Virus record (IMG/VR): IMGVR_UViG_3300005611_000056
Location: 1-44,724 of that record
Source of the DNA: a virus
Lineage: Duplodnaviria; Caudoviricetes
Direction: 5' to 3' (one strand)
Length of the DNA stretch: 44,724 nucleotides
The first letter of the stretch is position 1. The number at the start of each line of letters is the position of its first letter. Position numbers and translations under genes: made by a program. Below, in pieces: positions 32,979 to 41,256 of this stretch. The notes under the pieces are model-generated. The model was given only the letters and a program-made list of their open reading frames with translations, made no database searches and was not told the origin of the DNA.

Positions 32979-34385
32979 TTAGGGTGTGGCTTCTAGTGCT
33001 TCAATTCGTGCGGTTAGTGCGTCAATCTGGGACTGCTGGGATTCGATAAGTGCAATGGATTCTTGTAGTGCTGCTGTTAGAAGTGGAACTAGTTTGGATT
33101 GATCTATGCCTTGTGGGTCAATGCTTCCATCTTCATTAACAGCATCTTTTTCACCAGAGATTGCTTCTGGAACAACATCTTGTACTTCGTGGGCAATAAA
33201 ACCATCAACAGTTTTGTCTGGGTCAGCTATAAAGTTAAATCTTGATGGATTGAGTTGTTTAACTCTCGTAATTCCATCAGTAATTTCTGTAATATTTTCT
33301 TTTAGTCGGTAGTCTGAAGATTCAACGTAAGAAGTGGATGAACTAGTAACCTCAATACGCCCGACAATACTACCCGCAACAGCAAATCTAGCGATTGCAG
33401 GAAAGACTATTGTATTTTTTGATAAATACAGTGCCGCATCACTATCTCGTTGCGCTTGAATTTGCCCACTAGGTGTAATAACCACACCTTCATTTGCAGA
33501 ACCACCTGTATCAACTCCAGAGGTACTCGTAGCATTCACCAACACATACCCACTTGAATCAATGCGCATTCGTTCGGTGTTGTTGGTGGCAAAGCGCAAA
33601 GCATTAGCGATAGCGACATTTATAATCCCATCATTAGAAACACCAGGGTTTACCATGCCAATCTTTAATGCATCATAACCACCGCCTCGTACTGTAATGC
33701 CCTCTTCAGCAGAATTCGACTGAACTACTAAGCGATTATTTATGGTGCTCGTCCCAATCCCCACATTACCACTACTATTGACAACCAACGCATTGCTTCC
33801 AAGATTGGCTTCATCAGCAGTTAGCGTCACCACACTACCAGACTCACTCAGCACGTTGTTGCCAGCCGCATCGACAACAGGTAGGGAACTGTTTGCGGTA
33901 AGCGCAGGTTCTCTGCTGACGATGGCAACCAGATCTCCGACTGCAGGGTTGGTCGTAAAGCTAACTACTCTGGTTGACGAATTAATACTGAAATCGGAAG
34001 CACCTAGTTTGACTCCGTTAAGGTAAACATCCGTCTGAGAAACCGTAAGCGGATACGGAAAGGTTACCGTAGTTTCTCCAGAAGCTATCGTGTGTTCGTG
34101 TCTTCTTTCGGTAACCTGCACCCCGTTGGTCAGTTCTCGTCTGCCCTTGATGACAATGATATCTCCATTAACTGCAGCATTTGCCAGAGTCACCGTGCTA
34201 GCATCACTACCTAACGTGTAGTCTGCGGTTCCCAACAGGACACCATTTCGCAGGACTTCCAACGTAGCGGAATCGCTTGATGCGGTGAAACCACCTGTGT
34301 TGAAAACCGTCTGTGTACTGGTTACCGCAAACTCCTCTCGGAATTCACTGGTGTTGAGGACGGGTTGGTTGCCGATGTAACTCAT
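32979..34385 (-). CDS. tail fibre with C-terminal intramolecular chaperone (peptidase S74)
   Basis: MSYIGNQP start, NGV.L...DY repeats, GNVGIGT, ERMRIDSSG, SSDYRLKENI...GFIAHEVQ...KLVPLLTAALQE. Confidence 0.92.
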   Translation of the reverse strand: MSYIGNQPVLNTSEFREEFAVTSTQTVFNTGGFTASSDSATLEVLRNGVLLGTADYTLGSDASTVTLANAAVNGDIIVIKGRRELTNGVQVTERRHEHTIASGETTVTFPYPLTVSQTDVYLNGVKLGASDFSINSSTRVVSFTTNPAVGDLVAIVSREPALTANSSLPVVDAAGNNVLSESGSVVTLTADEANLGSNALVVNSSGNVGIGTSTINNRLVVQSNSAEEGITVRGGGYDALKIGMVNPGVSNDGIINVAIANALRFATNNTERMRIDSSGYVLVNATSTSGVDTGGSANEGVVITPSGQIQAQRDSDAALYLSKNTIVFPAIARFAVAGSIVGRIEVTSSSTSYVESSDYRLKENITEITDGITRVKQLNPSRFNFIADPDKTVDGFIAHEVQDVVPEAISGEKDAVNEDGSIDPQGIDQSKLVPLLTAALQESIALIESQQSQIDALTARIEALEATP

Positions 34386-34549
34386 GCTGTTTGTCCTTCT
34401 GGTTCATCTGCTGGTAGTGGTTCGTTGCCTTCTGCTAACCAAGCAAGATATTCTTCGTCAATATCTGTTCTATACCATGTTCCTGTTTTTATATCATTTA
34501 CAATCTTTTGGGCATAAGACCCATCTTCATTTAGTTGATAAATAATCAT
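34382..34549 (-). CDS. 55-aa tail-fibre partner (EYLAWLAEGNEPLPAD; not in ORF track)
   Basis: ATGA overlaps on both sides. Confidence 0.8.
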   Translation of the reverse strand: MIIYQLNEDGSYAQKIVNDIKTGTWYRTDIDEEYLAWLAEGNEPLPADEPEGQTA

Positions 34550-35352
34550 AATTCAGCCTCTGAAGTAATATGAATAGAATGTGCGCCACCTCCAGTAATG
34601 CTACCTGTTGCTCTAACAGAAATAGCATTTTCACCCGCAACCACAACTGCAGACGTGGGTTGGTTACCAGATTGGTCAGACCAATTTGAATTTGAATTAG
34701 TTGTAGAATATAGTGTTATAGGATTTGGTGTTGTTCTCATAGACACGGGAAGTTTCATAGTTGAAGTAAACGATATATTGTTTACCGCTGAGGACCCGAC
34801 TAGAGAACCGCTTAAACCTACTGCTTGTGCTGGTGCATCAGATTGATTGAACGTTTTAAAATAATACCTCTGACACAACCCTAACTCCACCCCAATGGGC
34901 CGATGCTCAAATGGCGTTGCGACTGTGCCTTCTTCCACCATTACTTTATCTAGATTGGCTAGTGTTCCATCGAATCGTATCCACAAATGCTTACTGTATT
35001 CTGTGCCTTCATTCACAGTAAATGTTCCACCATTGGAAACGCTTGTGAATCCCGTAGTAGCATCTGGGCCATTGCTAGCAGTTGTGTCTGTGGAAACCTT
35101 CCACGCAGCATTGATTCCAGAACCTTCCCAACTAATCACGTAAGTTCCATTGTTCACATTTTTGTCTTCAATGCCCTGATACAAATAAGTTGCACCATCG
35201 TAGTACCACCTGTCGTAAGTATAGCCTGTTGCTCCAGTAATTGTAGATATCCCACGTTGTTTAATTGGGTTGCTTAGATTGCCATTGATTATCCGATTAC
35301 GGAAACTCGGAAAGTTACTGGCGTAGGATGCTAATTCTGCTGCGGTGGTCAT
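34546..35352 (-). CDS. tail fibre / receptor-binding protein (RNRIING...ATPFEHRPIGVEL.LCQRYY)
   Basis: Hallmark motifs; start moved to MTTAAELAS at 35352. Confidence 0.85.
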   Translation of the reverse strand: MTTAAELASYASNFPSFRNRIINGNLSNPIKQRGISTITGATGYTYDRWYYDGATYLYQGIEDKNVNNGTYVISWEGSGINAAWKVSTDTTASNGPDATTGFTSVSNGGTFTVNEGTEYSKHLWIRFDGTLANLDKVMVEEGTVATPFEHRPIGVELGLCQRYYFKTFNQSDAPAQAVGLSGSLVGSSAVNNISFTSTMKLPVSMRTTPNPITLYSTTNSNSNWSDQSGNQPTSAVVVAGENAISVRATGSITGGGAHSIHITSEAEL

Positions 35353-35426
35353 GCAACTTCCTGTGCTGCTAAGTGTGCGGTGTAAGCATCTATGATTTCT
35401 TGCGTATGAACTGCTGCTGTGGTCAT
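35349..35426 (-). pseudogene. 25-aa chimeric mini-gene MTTAA|VHTQEIIDAYTAHLAAQEVA (deletion scar)
   Basis: Start nearly identical to the next gene (ATGACCACAGCAGCAG vs ATGACCACCGCAGCAG); ATGA overlaps both sides. Confidence 0.7.
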
Positions 35427-35572
35427 GATGCGTTAATGTCAATAGCTTTTAAATCTTCCACGGATTCAGCCGTATCACAGAGCATCGTGATGTTCCGTAG
35501 ACGAACCTTTTCCGCTATAATCGCAGTCGTATCTTCGCCAGCGATACTTGCTATATTCCGTGCATTACTCAT
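35423..35572 (-). pseudogene. 49-aa chimeric mini-gene MSNARNIASIA|GEDTTAIIAEKVRLRNIT...DLKAIDINAS (deletion scar)
   Basis: Fibre-type start fused to a chaperone-type end; ATGA overlaps both sides. Confidence 0.65.
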
Positions 35573-35922
35573 GTTGCATCCGGTGCTGTGGGCCAATCAA
35601 CAATTAAGTTCCCTTCTTTATCTAGCGTTGGGGTTGTGGTAGCAGGTAAATCTCGCAGTGCTGTGCGGTAACTCGCCCAAGCTGCTTGGTCATTGTATGG
35701 GTAATCGGTGGTCATGCGCCAATCTGTTGCAGCTAGGAGTTGGTTGCGTTCTGATCTCAACTGTCTCCACATCTCCTGTTCTGCATATTCAAAAATCAGA
35801 TTGTCAATAATTTCTTCCATAGGTGCAGTCTGAGGATTATCAAATGAAATAAGTTTGTCTTTGACAGCATCCCACTTGAACGGTAATCCTAACGTTGCAA
35901 TTGCATCCTGTTTTATACTCAT
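35569..35922 (-). CDS. tail fibre assembly chaperone
   Basis: W..LR.ERN.LL..TDW...D.P...W..YR.ALRDLP...WP.AP; start at 35922. Confidence 0.88.
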   Translation of the reverse strand: MSIKQDAIATLGLPFKWDAVKDKLISFDNPQTAPMEEIIDNLIFEYAEQEMWRQLRSERNQLLAATDWRMTTDYPYNDQAAWASYRTALRDLPATTTPTLDKEGNLIVDWPTAPDAT

Positions 35923-36464
35923 TGAGGTATCCTGATTAGTGTGGTTGCTAATGGGGCTGTTGCTATAGCGGCATTCCATCGTGCAGTAGTTGTGGAAGGA
36001 CAATATAATGCTGGTTTTATGTAAATAGTACCCGTTGTTGATATAGTTAATAACGCAATGATTGCTGGGGTCACCTGCAAATTTTCAGTGCTTGTTGCAG
36101 TAGCTAAAAAACGTCCTTGAAATTGGTAAGTGGGAGTCGTTGCGAAATTGTCAAAACTGTAAGCGAAACCAATACTTGGCTGAAAGTTGTTACCAGTGCT
36201 TGCAAATTGTAACAATAATACACCACCTTGTACTAATACTAATAATTTATCCCCAGAAACTACGGCTAAACTGGTTATATCACCAAATGCAGTTTGAGTA
36301 TTTCCGGTAATTTCACCTGTGTCTGATGTAGTATCAATTGTGTTTTCTGTAGTTATTAAATTACTTAAGCCACTAACTGTACTGTCCAGCGTTGCGTTCC
36401 GAATCGTGCCACCGTCAAAACTGACTAAACTGCTGGATCGTTTGCTGCCGATGTAACCTGACAT
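35919..36464 (-). CDS. short tail-fibre / adhesin-like virion protein
   Basis: MSGYIG start; Thr/Ser-rich beta C-terminus; paired with a chaperone. Confidence 0.7.
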   Translation of the reverse strand: MSGYIGSKRSSSLVSFDGGTIRNATLDSTVSGLSNLITTENTIDTTSDTGEITGNTQTAFGDITSLAVVSGDKLLVLVQGGVLLLQFASTGNNFQPSIGFAYSFDNFATTPTYQFQGRFLATATSTENLQVTPAIIALLTISTTGTIYIKPALYCPSTTTARWNAAIATAPLATTLIRIPQ

Positions 36465-36820
36465 TAGTTCTCCAGTAAAGAAGCAGTTACCTGAATCGTG
36501 TTTGCTACAGAGGTCTTCATGTAAATCTTATCTGTACTATTTAACACTACTTTCCCAGGCAAAGCATCCAAACTACTGCCTACCGGAACAGGAGCATTCT
36601 TGATGATATAAATATCATCAGTTCCTGCTGAACCTGCAGCAATTCTTTTGTAGATCTGAACATTGGATGTAGAACTGCCAATATTTGCTGCCACCAATCC
36701 AATCAAAACTGCTCCATTCGCAGGAGCACCATTCCCTGAATTGTTTGCGGTAGCATCATATACAGTCGTTTCTGTGTCTGCAGATACAGTCAGTCCAGAG
36801 GCTTGTGAAACAAAGGCCAT
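36464..36820 (-). CDS. small virion structural protein
   Basis: IIKNAPVPVGSSL...KVVL...D.I motif typical of tail-associated proteins. Confidence 0.75.
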   Translation of the reverse strand: MAFVSQASGLTVSADTETTVYDATANNSGNGAPANGAVLIGLVAANIGSSTSNVQIYKRIAAGSAGTDDIYIIKNAPVPVGSSLDALPGKVVLNSTDKIYMKTSVANTIQVTASLLEN

Positions 36821-36828
36821 AATTTATC

Positions 36829-38073
36829 TCAAAGTGCGATTGCGTATGCGATTGCCTGGGCTTCGGTAATTCCTCCTCCAGAAGGAGCAGCCCAATTTAC
36901 ATTCCCAGAACCATCTGCAGTCAGTACATAAGTATTAGTGGCATTGCCACCACCAGACAGTGCAGAAGTGATCTTGTCTTCTCCAACAACCCCATTGTCA
37001 ATCGTCCAAGTGGCTCCAGTATTGCTTACAACAATATCCCCCTTGTCCCCATCAGAAACTCCACCAGGAGCAGCCCAAACTGCATTGTTCGATCCATCGG
37101 CTGTCAGAACATATCCTGAATTTGAACCTGCTCCCTGTGAACCAAAATCTGCAGCATCGACTGCACCCAAAGAGGTTTGTCCTGTTCCGCCATAAGCAGT
37201 TCCAATCGTAGATCCTTGCCAGGTTCCTGTCCCAATCGTTCCAACTGATGTCAAACTGGAGGTAATCACTCCAGAACCAAGAGTCGTAGAATTCAGTACC
37301 GAAGTACCACCAATGTAGTACTCATTGACATCAATGGCTCCTTGTGTCCCCGAAAATACTTCTGAAGAATTTGTAGCATCTGGTATGAAAGTCAGGCGTC
37401 CTGTAGAATCATCAAACCCAAAGAACCCTACCTTTGCTGTACTCCCATTGTGCCACCGAAATTCAATACCACGATCCTTGTTATCATCTGAAGCAGGTGC
37501 GGTATCTCCACCCAATGTAAAAATCGGGTCATCTATGGTAATGGTTGTGGAGTTTACAGTAGTGGTTATTCCATTGACAGTCAGGTTCCCTGATACGGTC
37601 AAATCATCGTCAATGGTGACAGTCCCTCCTGCGGAATCAATCGTAAGATTCCCTGAGACAGTATCAATCTCATTGGATCCGGTCACTCCGAACTGAAGAA
37701 CACTTGTGGCAATGGAACCTGTTACGGACAAGTCATCATCGACAGATACAGTTCCTCCTGCGGAGTCCAGTGTCAGATTTCCAGAAAGGGTGTCAATCTC
37801 ATTGGAAGAACTTACTCCAAACTGAAATACAGAAGTGGCAATTGTTCCTGTGACTGTAAGGTTGTCATCAACCTGAACGGTTCCTCCAGAAGAATCCAAA
37901 ACCAGATTCAGTCCACCTGTGGTGTCAATTTCATTTGCAGTGGTCACTCCAACCTGAACCCCACTCCCTCCTGTAAATGTGGCAACAGCCCCTGTGATGT
38001 TCACAATAGGAGCATCCAGAGTGAGAGTACTTCCTGTTAGATTCTGAACCTTATTGACAAGTAGGGTACTCAT
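36829..38073 (-). CDS. tail fibre / baseplate-distal protein with three ~38-aa repeats
   Basis: 3x GV...NEIDT..GNL.LDS.GGTV..DD.L.VTG; DDNKDRGIEF; ends AIAYAIAL. Confidence 0.8.
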   Translation of the reverse strand: MSTLLVNKVQNLTGSTLTLDAPIVNITGAVATFTGGSGVQVGVTTANEIDTTGGLNLVLDSSGGTVQVDDNLTVTGTIATSVFQFGVSSSNEIDTLSGNLTLDSAGGTVSVDDDLSVTGSIATSVLQFGVTGSNEIDTVSGNLTIDSAGGTVTIDDDLTVSGNLTVNGITTTVNSTTITIDDPIFTLGGDTAPASDDNKDRGIEFRWHNGSTAKVGFFGFDDSTGRLTFIPDATNSSEVFSGTQGAIDVNEYYIGGTSVLNSTTLGSGVITSSLTSVGTIGTGTWQGSTIGTAYGGTGQTSLGAVDAADFGSQGAGSNSGYVLTADGSNNAVWAAPGGVSDGDKGDIVVSNTGATWTIDNGVVGEDKITSALSGGGNATNTYVLTADGSGNVNWAAPSGGGITEAQAIAYAIAL

Positions 38074-38078
38074 AGTTC

Positions 38079-39080
38079 TTACACAATCTCAGTAAAGGAA
38101 AGACTCATGTCGTAAATTCTGGAACCTTGGGCGCTGTAGGTAAACGAAGGGATCTCAAAGAAACTTCCAAAAATGGCAGTCTCTCCCTGATAATCCAACA
38201 CTCTCATGGCTACCGGACGGTTCCTTAGGCCTTCAATAATATTGGTAATCGTTGTTCTTTCTGCTTCCAGAATCTGGACACTGCCAGAGTATACTTTTCT
38301 GATTTCACCTAGACGGTAGTTTATACCAGAATCCCTGTCCTTGACAACTCCAAAAGACTGCCTCTCGACATTCACACCAACACTGGGATTGAAGATCTCA
38401 TAGGACTTTCCTGCACGAATTGTATTCACATAAATCGGCAAGTACATATTACTGATGGTAAAGTCCGCATTGGAGTTCCCCTCTGGGGTTACCTGAATGT
38501 CAGTATTGCCCGAACCGATACCTGTGATCCGATTGATCTGATAGAAAGCATTGTCTGCATTGTCCTGAATTCGTCCGCCTAGACGGATCTGTGCATAATT
38601 TTCATAGAGGATTGTGTCCGTACCACTTTCCAAGAATTTGCCACGACTATCTGTTCCATTGGAACTCCAGGTATCAATATCTGATTTTACATCAGTAGAA
38701 TTGGAGAGTGTGATTGAAATGGCAGTCGTGTTTGCAGGGATGTCCAAGAAAATGGAGTCATTCCAAATGGTCTTATCCAGATAGAAATAAGGATTTGTAA
38801 AGTCATAGGTATTGGTAAACGTGGATGCGGCCTGTCCTGATCCTGTAAAGGTAACACTCACACTTTCTGCCAGATAACTCATGAAGAAACTCATCTCATT
38901 GGCAGCGGCTGTGGTTTTGAGAGTTACCGTAATGGTTACCGAAGTATGAGTGTCTGGAATAAACGGTTGTTTCTGCACATCATTGAGAACCTTTGCAATT
39001 GCATAGTCCGCACTGAGACTCCCTACTCCACCACTGACTGTTGGCGTACCACTGATTGAATTCTGATAGATGATTTTCAT
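38079..39080 (-). CDS. tail protein (distal tail / hub-like)
   Basis: Beta-rich, within tail operon, ends SLSFTEIV. Confidence 0.65.
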   Translation of the reverse strand: MKIIYQNSISGTPTVSGGVGSLSADYAIAKVLNDVQKQPFIPDTHTSVTITVTLKTTAAANEMSFFMSYLAESVSVTFTGSGQAASTFTNTYDFTNPYFYLDKTIWNDSIFLDIPANTTAISITLSNSTDVKSDIDTWSSNGTDSRGKFLESGTDTILYENYAQIRLGGRIQDNADNAFYQINRITGIGSGNTDIQVTPEGNSNADFTISNMYLPIYVNTIRAGKSYEIFNPSVGVNVERQSFGVVKDRDSGINYRLGEIRKVYSGSVQILEAERTTITNIIEGLRNRPVAMRVLDYQGETAIFGSFFEIPSFTYSAQGSRIYDMSLSFTEIV

Positions 39081-39089
39081 AGGATTTTC

Positions 39090-39686
39090 TCAGGAGATGT
39101 ACCGCACAAATTCAACATCTGCAGCCCCTGTAATTGTTGTCTCTTCGCCATCAAAGTCATATACAATTGAAAAAATAATAATGTTGGCCTGTACCATCTG
39201 GCGTTCATCCACACACAAGATCCTGTCTCCAATATTCCATGTGTCCTGTACTCCAAAAACCCTTGCGTTGGCCTGAAATGCAGATTCACTGATCAAAATA
39301 TTCCGTAAATGCTCCTCTACCTTCTTTTCATCCTGAGACAAAGCTTCATACTCCTGTTCTTCTCCATAGGTAAGATTGTGTACCTCGACTCTCTTGGTCT
39401 CTGTTGCCAGAACTACGGATATTGGATAAGGAGTATTGTACTCATATTCAGAGTAAATCGTTTTAATTGGAAAAGCAGGAGTAACCACAAGGCTCAACAA
39501 CTCAGGAGTTCTTACAGTTTGTGAGTAAGTTTTTGCCTGAATCCTGTTGATAATCCGTAAAGTAGGTCGATAGTATGGAGCTAATTCACTTGTAGACTCG
39601 TCAATCTGAATCAATAGATTGGCTGCTTTTGCAATGTCTGTTGCAAAGTCCAGAAGCTGTTCGTCCTTGGTACTGAGTTCTGCCAT
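39090..39686 (-). CDS. tail protein
   Basis: IGDRI...I..I.YDF...TTITG C-terminal hub-like motif. Confidence 0.65.
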   Translation of the reverse strand: MAELSTKDEQLLDFATDIAKAANLLIQIDESTSELAPYYRPTLRIINRIQAKTYSQTVRTPELLSLVVTPAFPIKTIYSEYEYNTPYPISVVLATETKRVEVHNLTYGEEQEYEALSQDEKKVEEHLRNILISESAFQANARVFGVQDTWNIGDRILCVDERQMVQANIIIFSIVYDFDGEETTITGAADVEFVRYIS

Positions 39687-39691
39687 GTCTG

Positions 39692-39889
39692 TTACGGAGA
39701 ATAAATGGAAATGAGACTTGCTACATAATCTGCAAAGGTAACGTCTGCTACAGATACGGTGACATCAGTTCCTGCTCCAACCAATGCGGCTGTGCTGATC
39801 TGCAATGTAATTCCTTCTTCTATGATCAAAGGAGAATCTGAATCCAAGTCCAAAACAATTGTTGTATCCTCACTGTAAATTGCACTCAT
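39692..39889 (-). CDS. small tail-region protein
   Basis: ATGA-coupled ORF. Confidence 0.6.
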   Translation of the reverse strand: MSAIYSEDTTIVLDLDSDSPLIIEEGITLQISTAALVGAGTDVTVSVADVTFADYVASLISIYSP

Positions 39890-41256
39890 ATCTTGTCCAC
39901 ATTCAATGTGAATCCAAATTTATTCGCAACATATTGATAGAACTCTGCAAGAGTAGAACTGGTATTTCCAGATATGGAAACTCCTTTGTCTGACTTACCA
40001 GAAATGCTTAGAGTGGTTCCTTGGAATGTGTTTCGATTCAATGTAATGGTTGTTGCTGTAGGAGCAATTCCTATACTTATAGTAACAGTTCCTGATGCTG
40101 TTTTACTGCTTCCTGCAGTTACTGTAAATCCAGAATAAGTTGGAGCAGTCCCTGTTAAGGTTGCTACAGTATAAACTCCATCATCAGACTGAGGACTTCC
40201 TGTAAATGTCAAACTCACTGTTTGACCAACTGTTAAAGTATTAGAAACGGTTACAGTAATAACTGTCCCACTTTGAGAATAAGTCCCACTAACAGATCCT
40301 TGATCCCAATACTCTGGAGAAGAACTATTTGTTGAATAAATCAGAACTCCATCCTCACGAACCTCTACTGGATAGTCATTGTCATTCAAAACAAGACCTG
40401 GGTTTGCAATCTCATTGGATCTCTTCTTTAAAACAGGAGTCTTGTGTTGAAATGAACCCCAAGTAAATGGGATCCTTTGAGGAAACCCACATCTGTGGCT
40501 ATTCCCATCTGAAGCATAAATCAGTTCATCATAAGGGGATGTTGGATTTGGGGCATCTGATGGTAGTTTTGTTACTGGAATCAATCTCCGATTTTGTATA
40601 GTAAATGCTGGAGTAGAGACTCCTCCAATACTTACTGCTTCTACCGAGTCTACAATGTAATAATTATCGGAATCTAAATTCTGAGATTCTGTAGAAGTAT
40701 TGAAAGATGGGCCTGTGTACTCCAAATCGGTTCCAATCGAAGTCATCCTTTCAAAAGTTATCACTTGGCCTGTCTGAAATTGATGATTTGGCGCAATGAA
40801 TAAAATAGGACGATTTTCTGAAGTTGGATAAACCCTGATTCTCTCTATGAAGATAAAACTTTCTGTCAAAGAAAAAGGCCTTGCTCCCAATTCATAGGAT
40901 TTGTCTGTCAATGCAAAGGTAATCTCTGATTCTGTAATGGTCTGAAGAAAAATCTGTCCATCAAACAAAACACGACCCGCTTCTCCCCACTTCAATTGAC
41001 AAGGAAACAATTGCTGAATGGTAAATAGTGAGTTGTATCGGACTAGTCCAAAAGGATGATCTGGATTGGTAGGTTCATTCGTCAATGAAATAAAACCAAA
41101 CTTTACTCCAATCTTTCCACTGTCCTCAACCTGCCCCAATTCCAAAGTTGGCATTCTGACAACAAAAGGATGGTAGAAGTATTCTCCTGCTAACCCTTGT
41201 CTGGAAAGTCGATAGGTTGTCCCTCTGACGGTGATCTCTGCTAAAAGATCGCTCAT
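39886..41256 (-). CDS. tail protein with Thr-rich beta insertions
   Basis: Immediately after the tape measure; NHQFQTGQVITF and GTYSQSGTVITVT...LTVGQTV modules. Confidence 0.7.
   Translation of the reverse strand: MSDLLAEITVRGTTYRLSRQGLAGEYFYHPFVVRMPTLELGQVEDSGKIGVKFGFISLTNEPTNPDHPFGLVRYNSLFTIQQLFPCQLKWGEAGRVLFDGQIFLQTITESEITFALTDKSYELGARPFSLTESFIFIERIRVYPTSENRPILFIAPNHQFQTGQVITFERMTSIGTDLEYTGPSFNTSTESQNLDSDNYYIVDSVEAVSIGGVSTPAFTIQNRRLIPVTKLPSDAPNPTSPYDELIYASDGNSHRCGFPQRIPFTWGSFQHKTPVLKKRSNEIANPGLVLNDNDYPVEVREDGVLIYSTNSSSPEYWDQGSVSGTYSQSGTVITVTVSNTLTVGQTVSLTFTGSPQSDDGVYTVATLTGTAPTYSGFTVTAGSSKTASGTVTISIGIAPTATTITLNRNTFQGTTLSISGKSDKGVSISGNTSSTLAEFYQYVANKFGFTLNVDKI

Noticed and set aside
32979-38073. 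DGR or invertase shufflon acting on tail fibres
   Set aside because: No reverse transcriptase, TR/VR pair, recombinase or inverted cassettes seen in the window.
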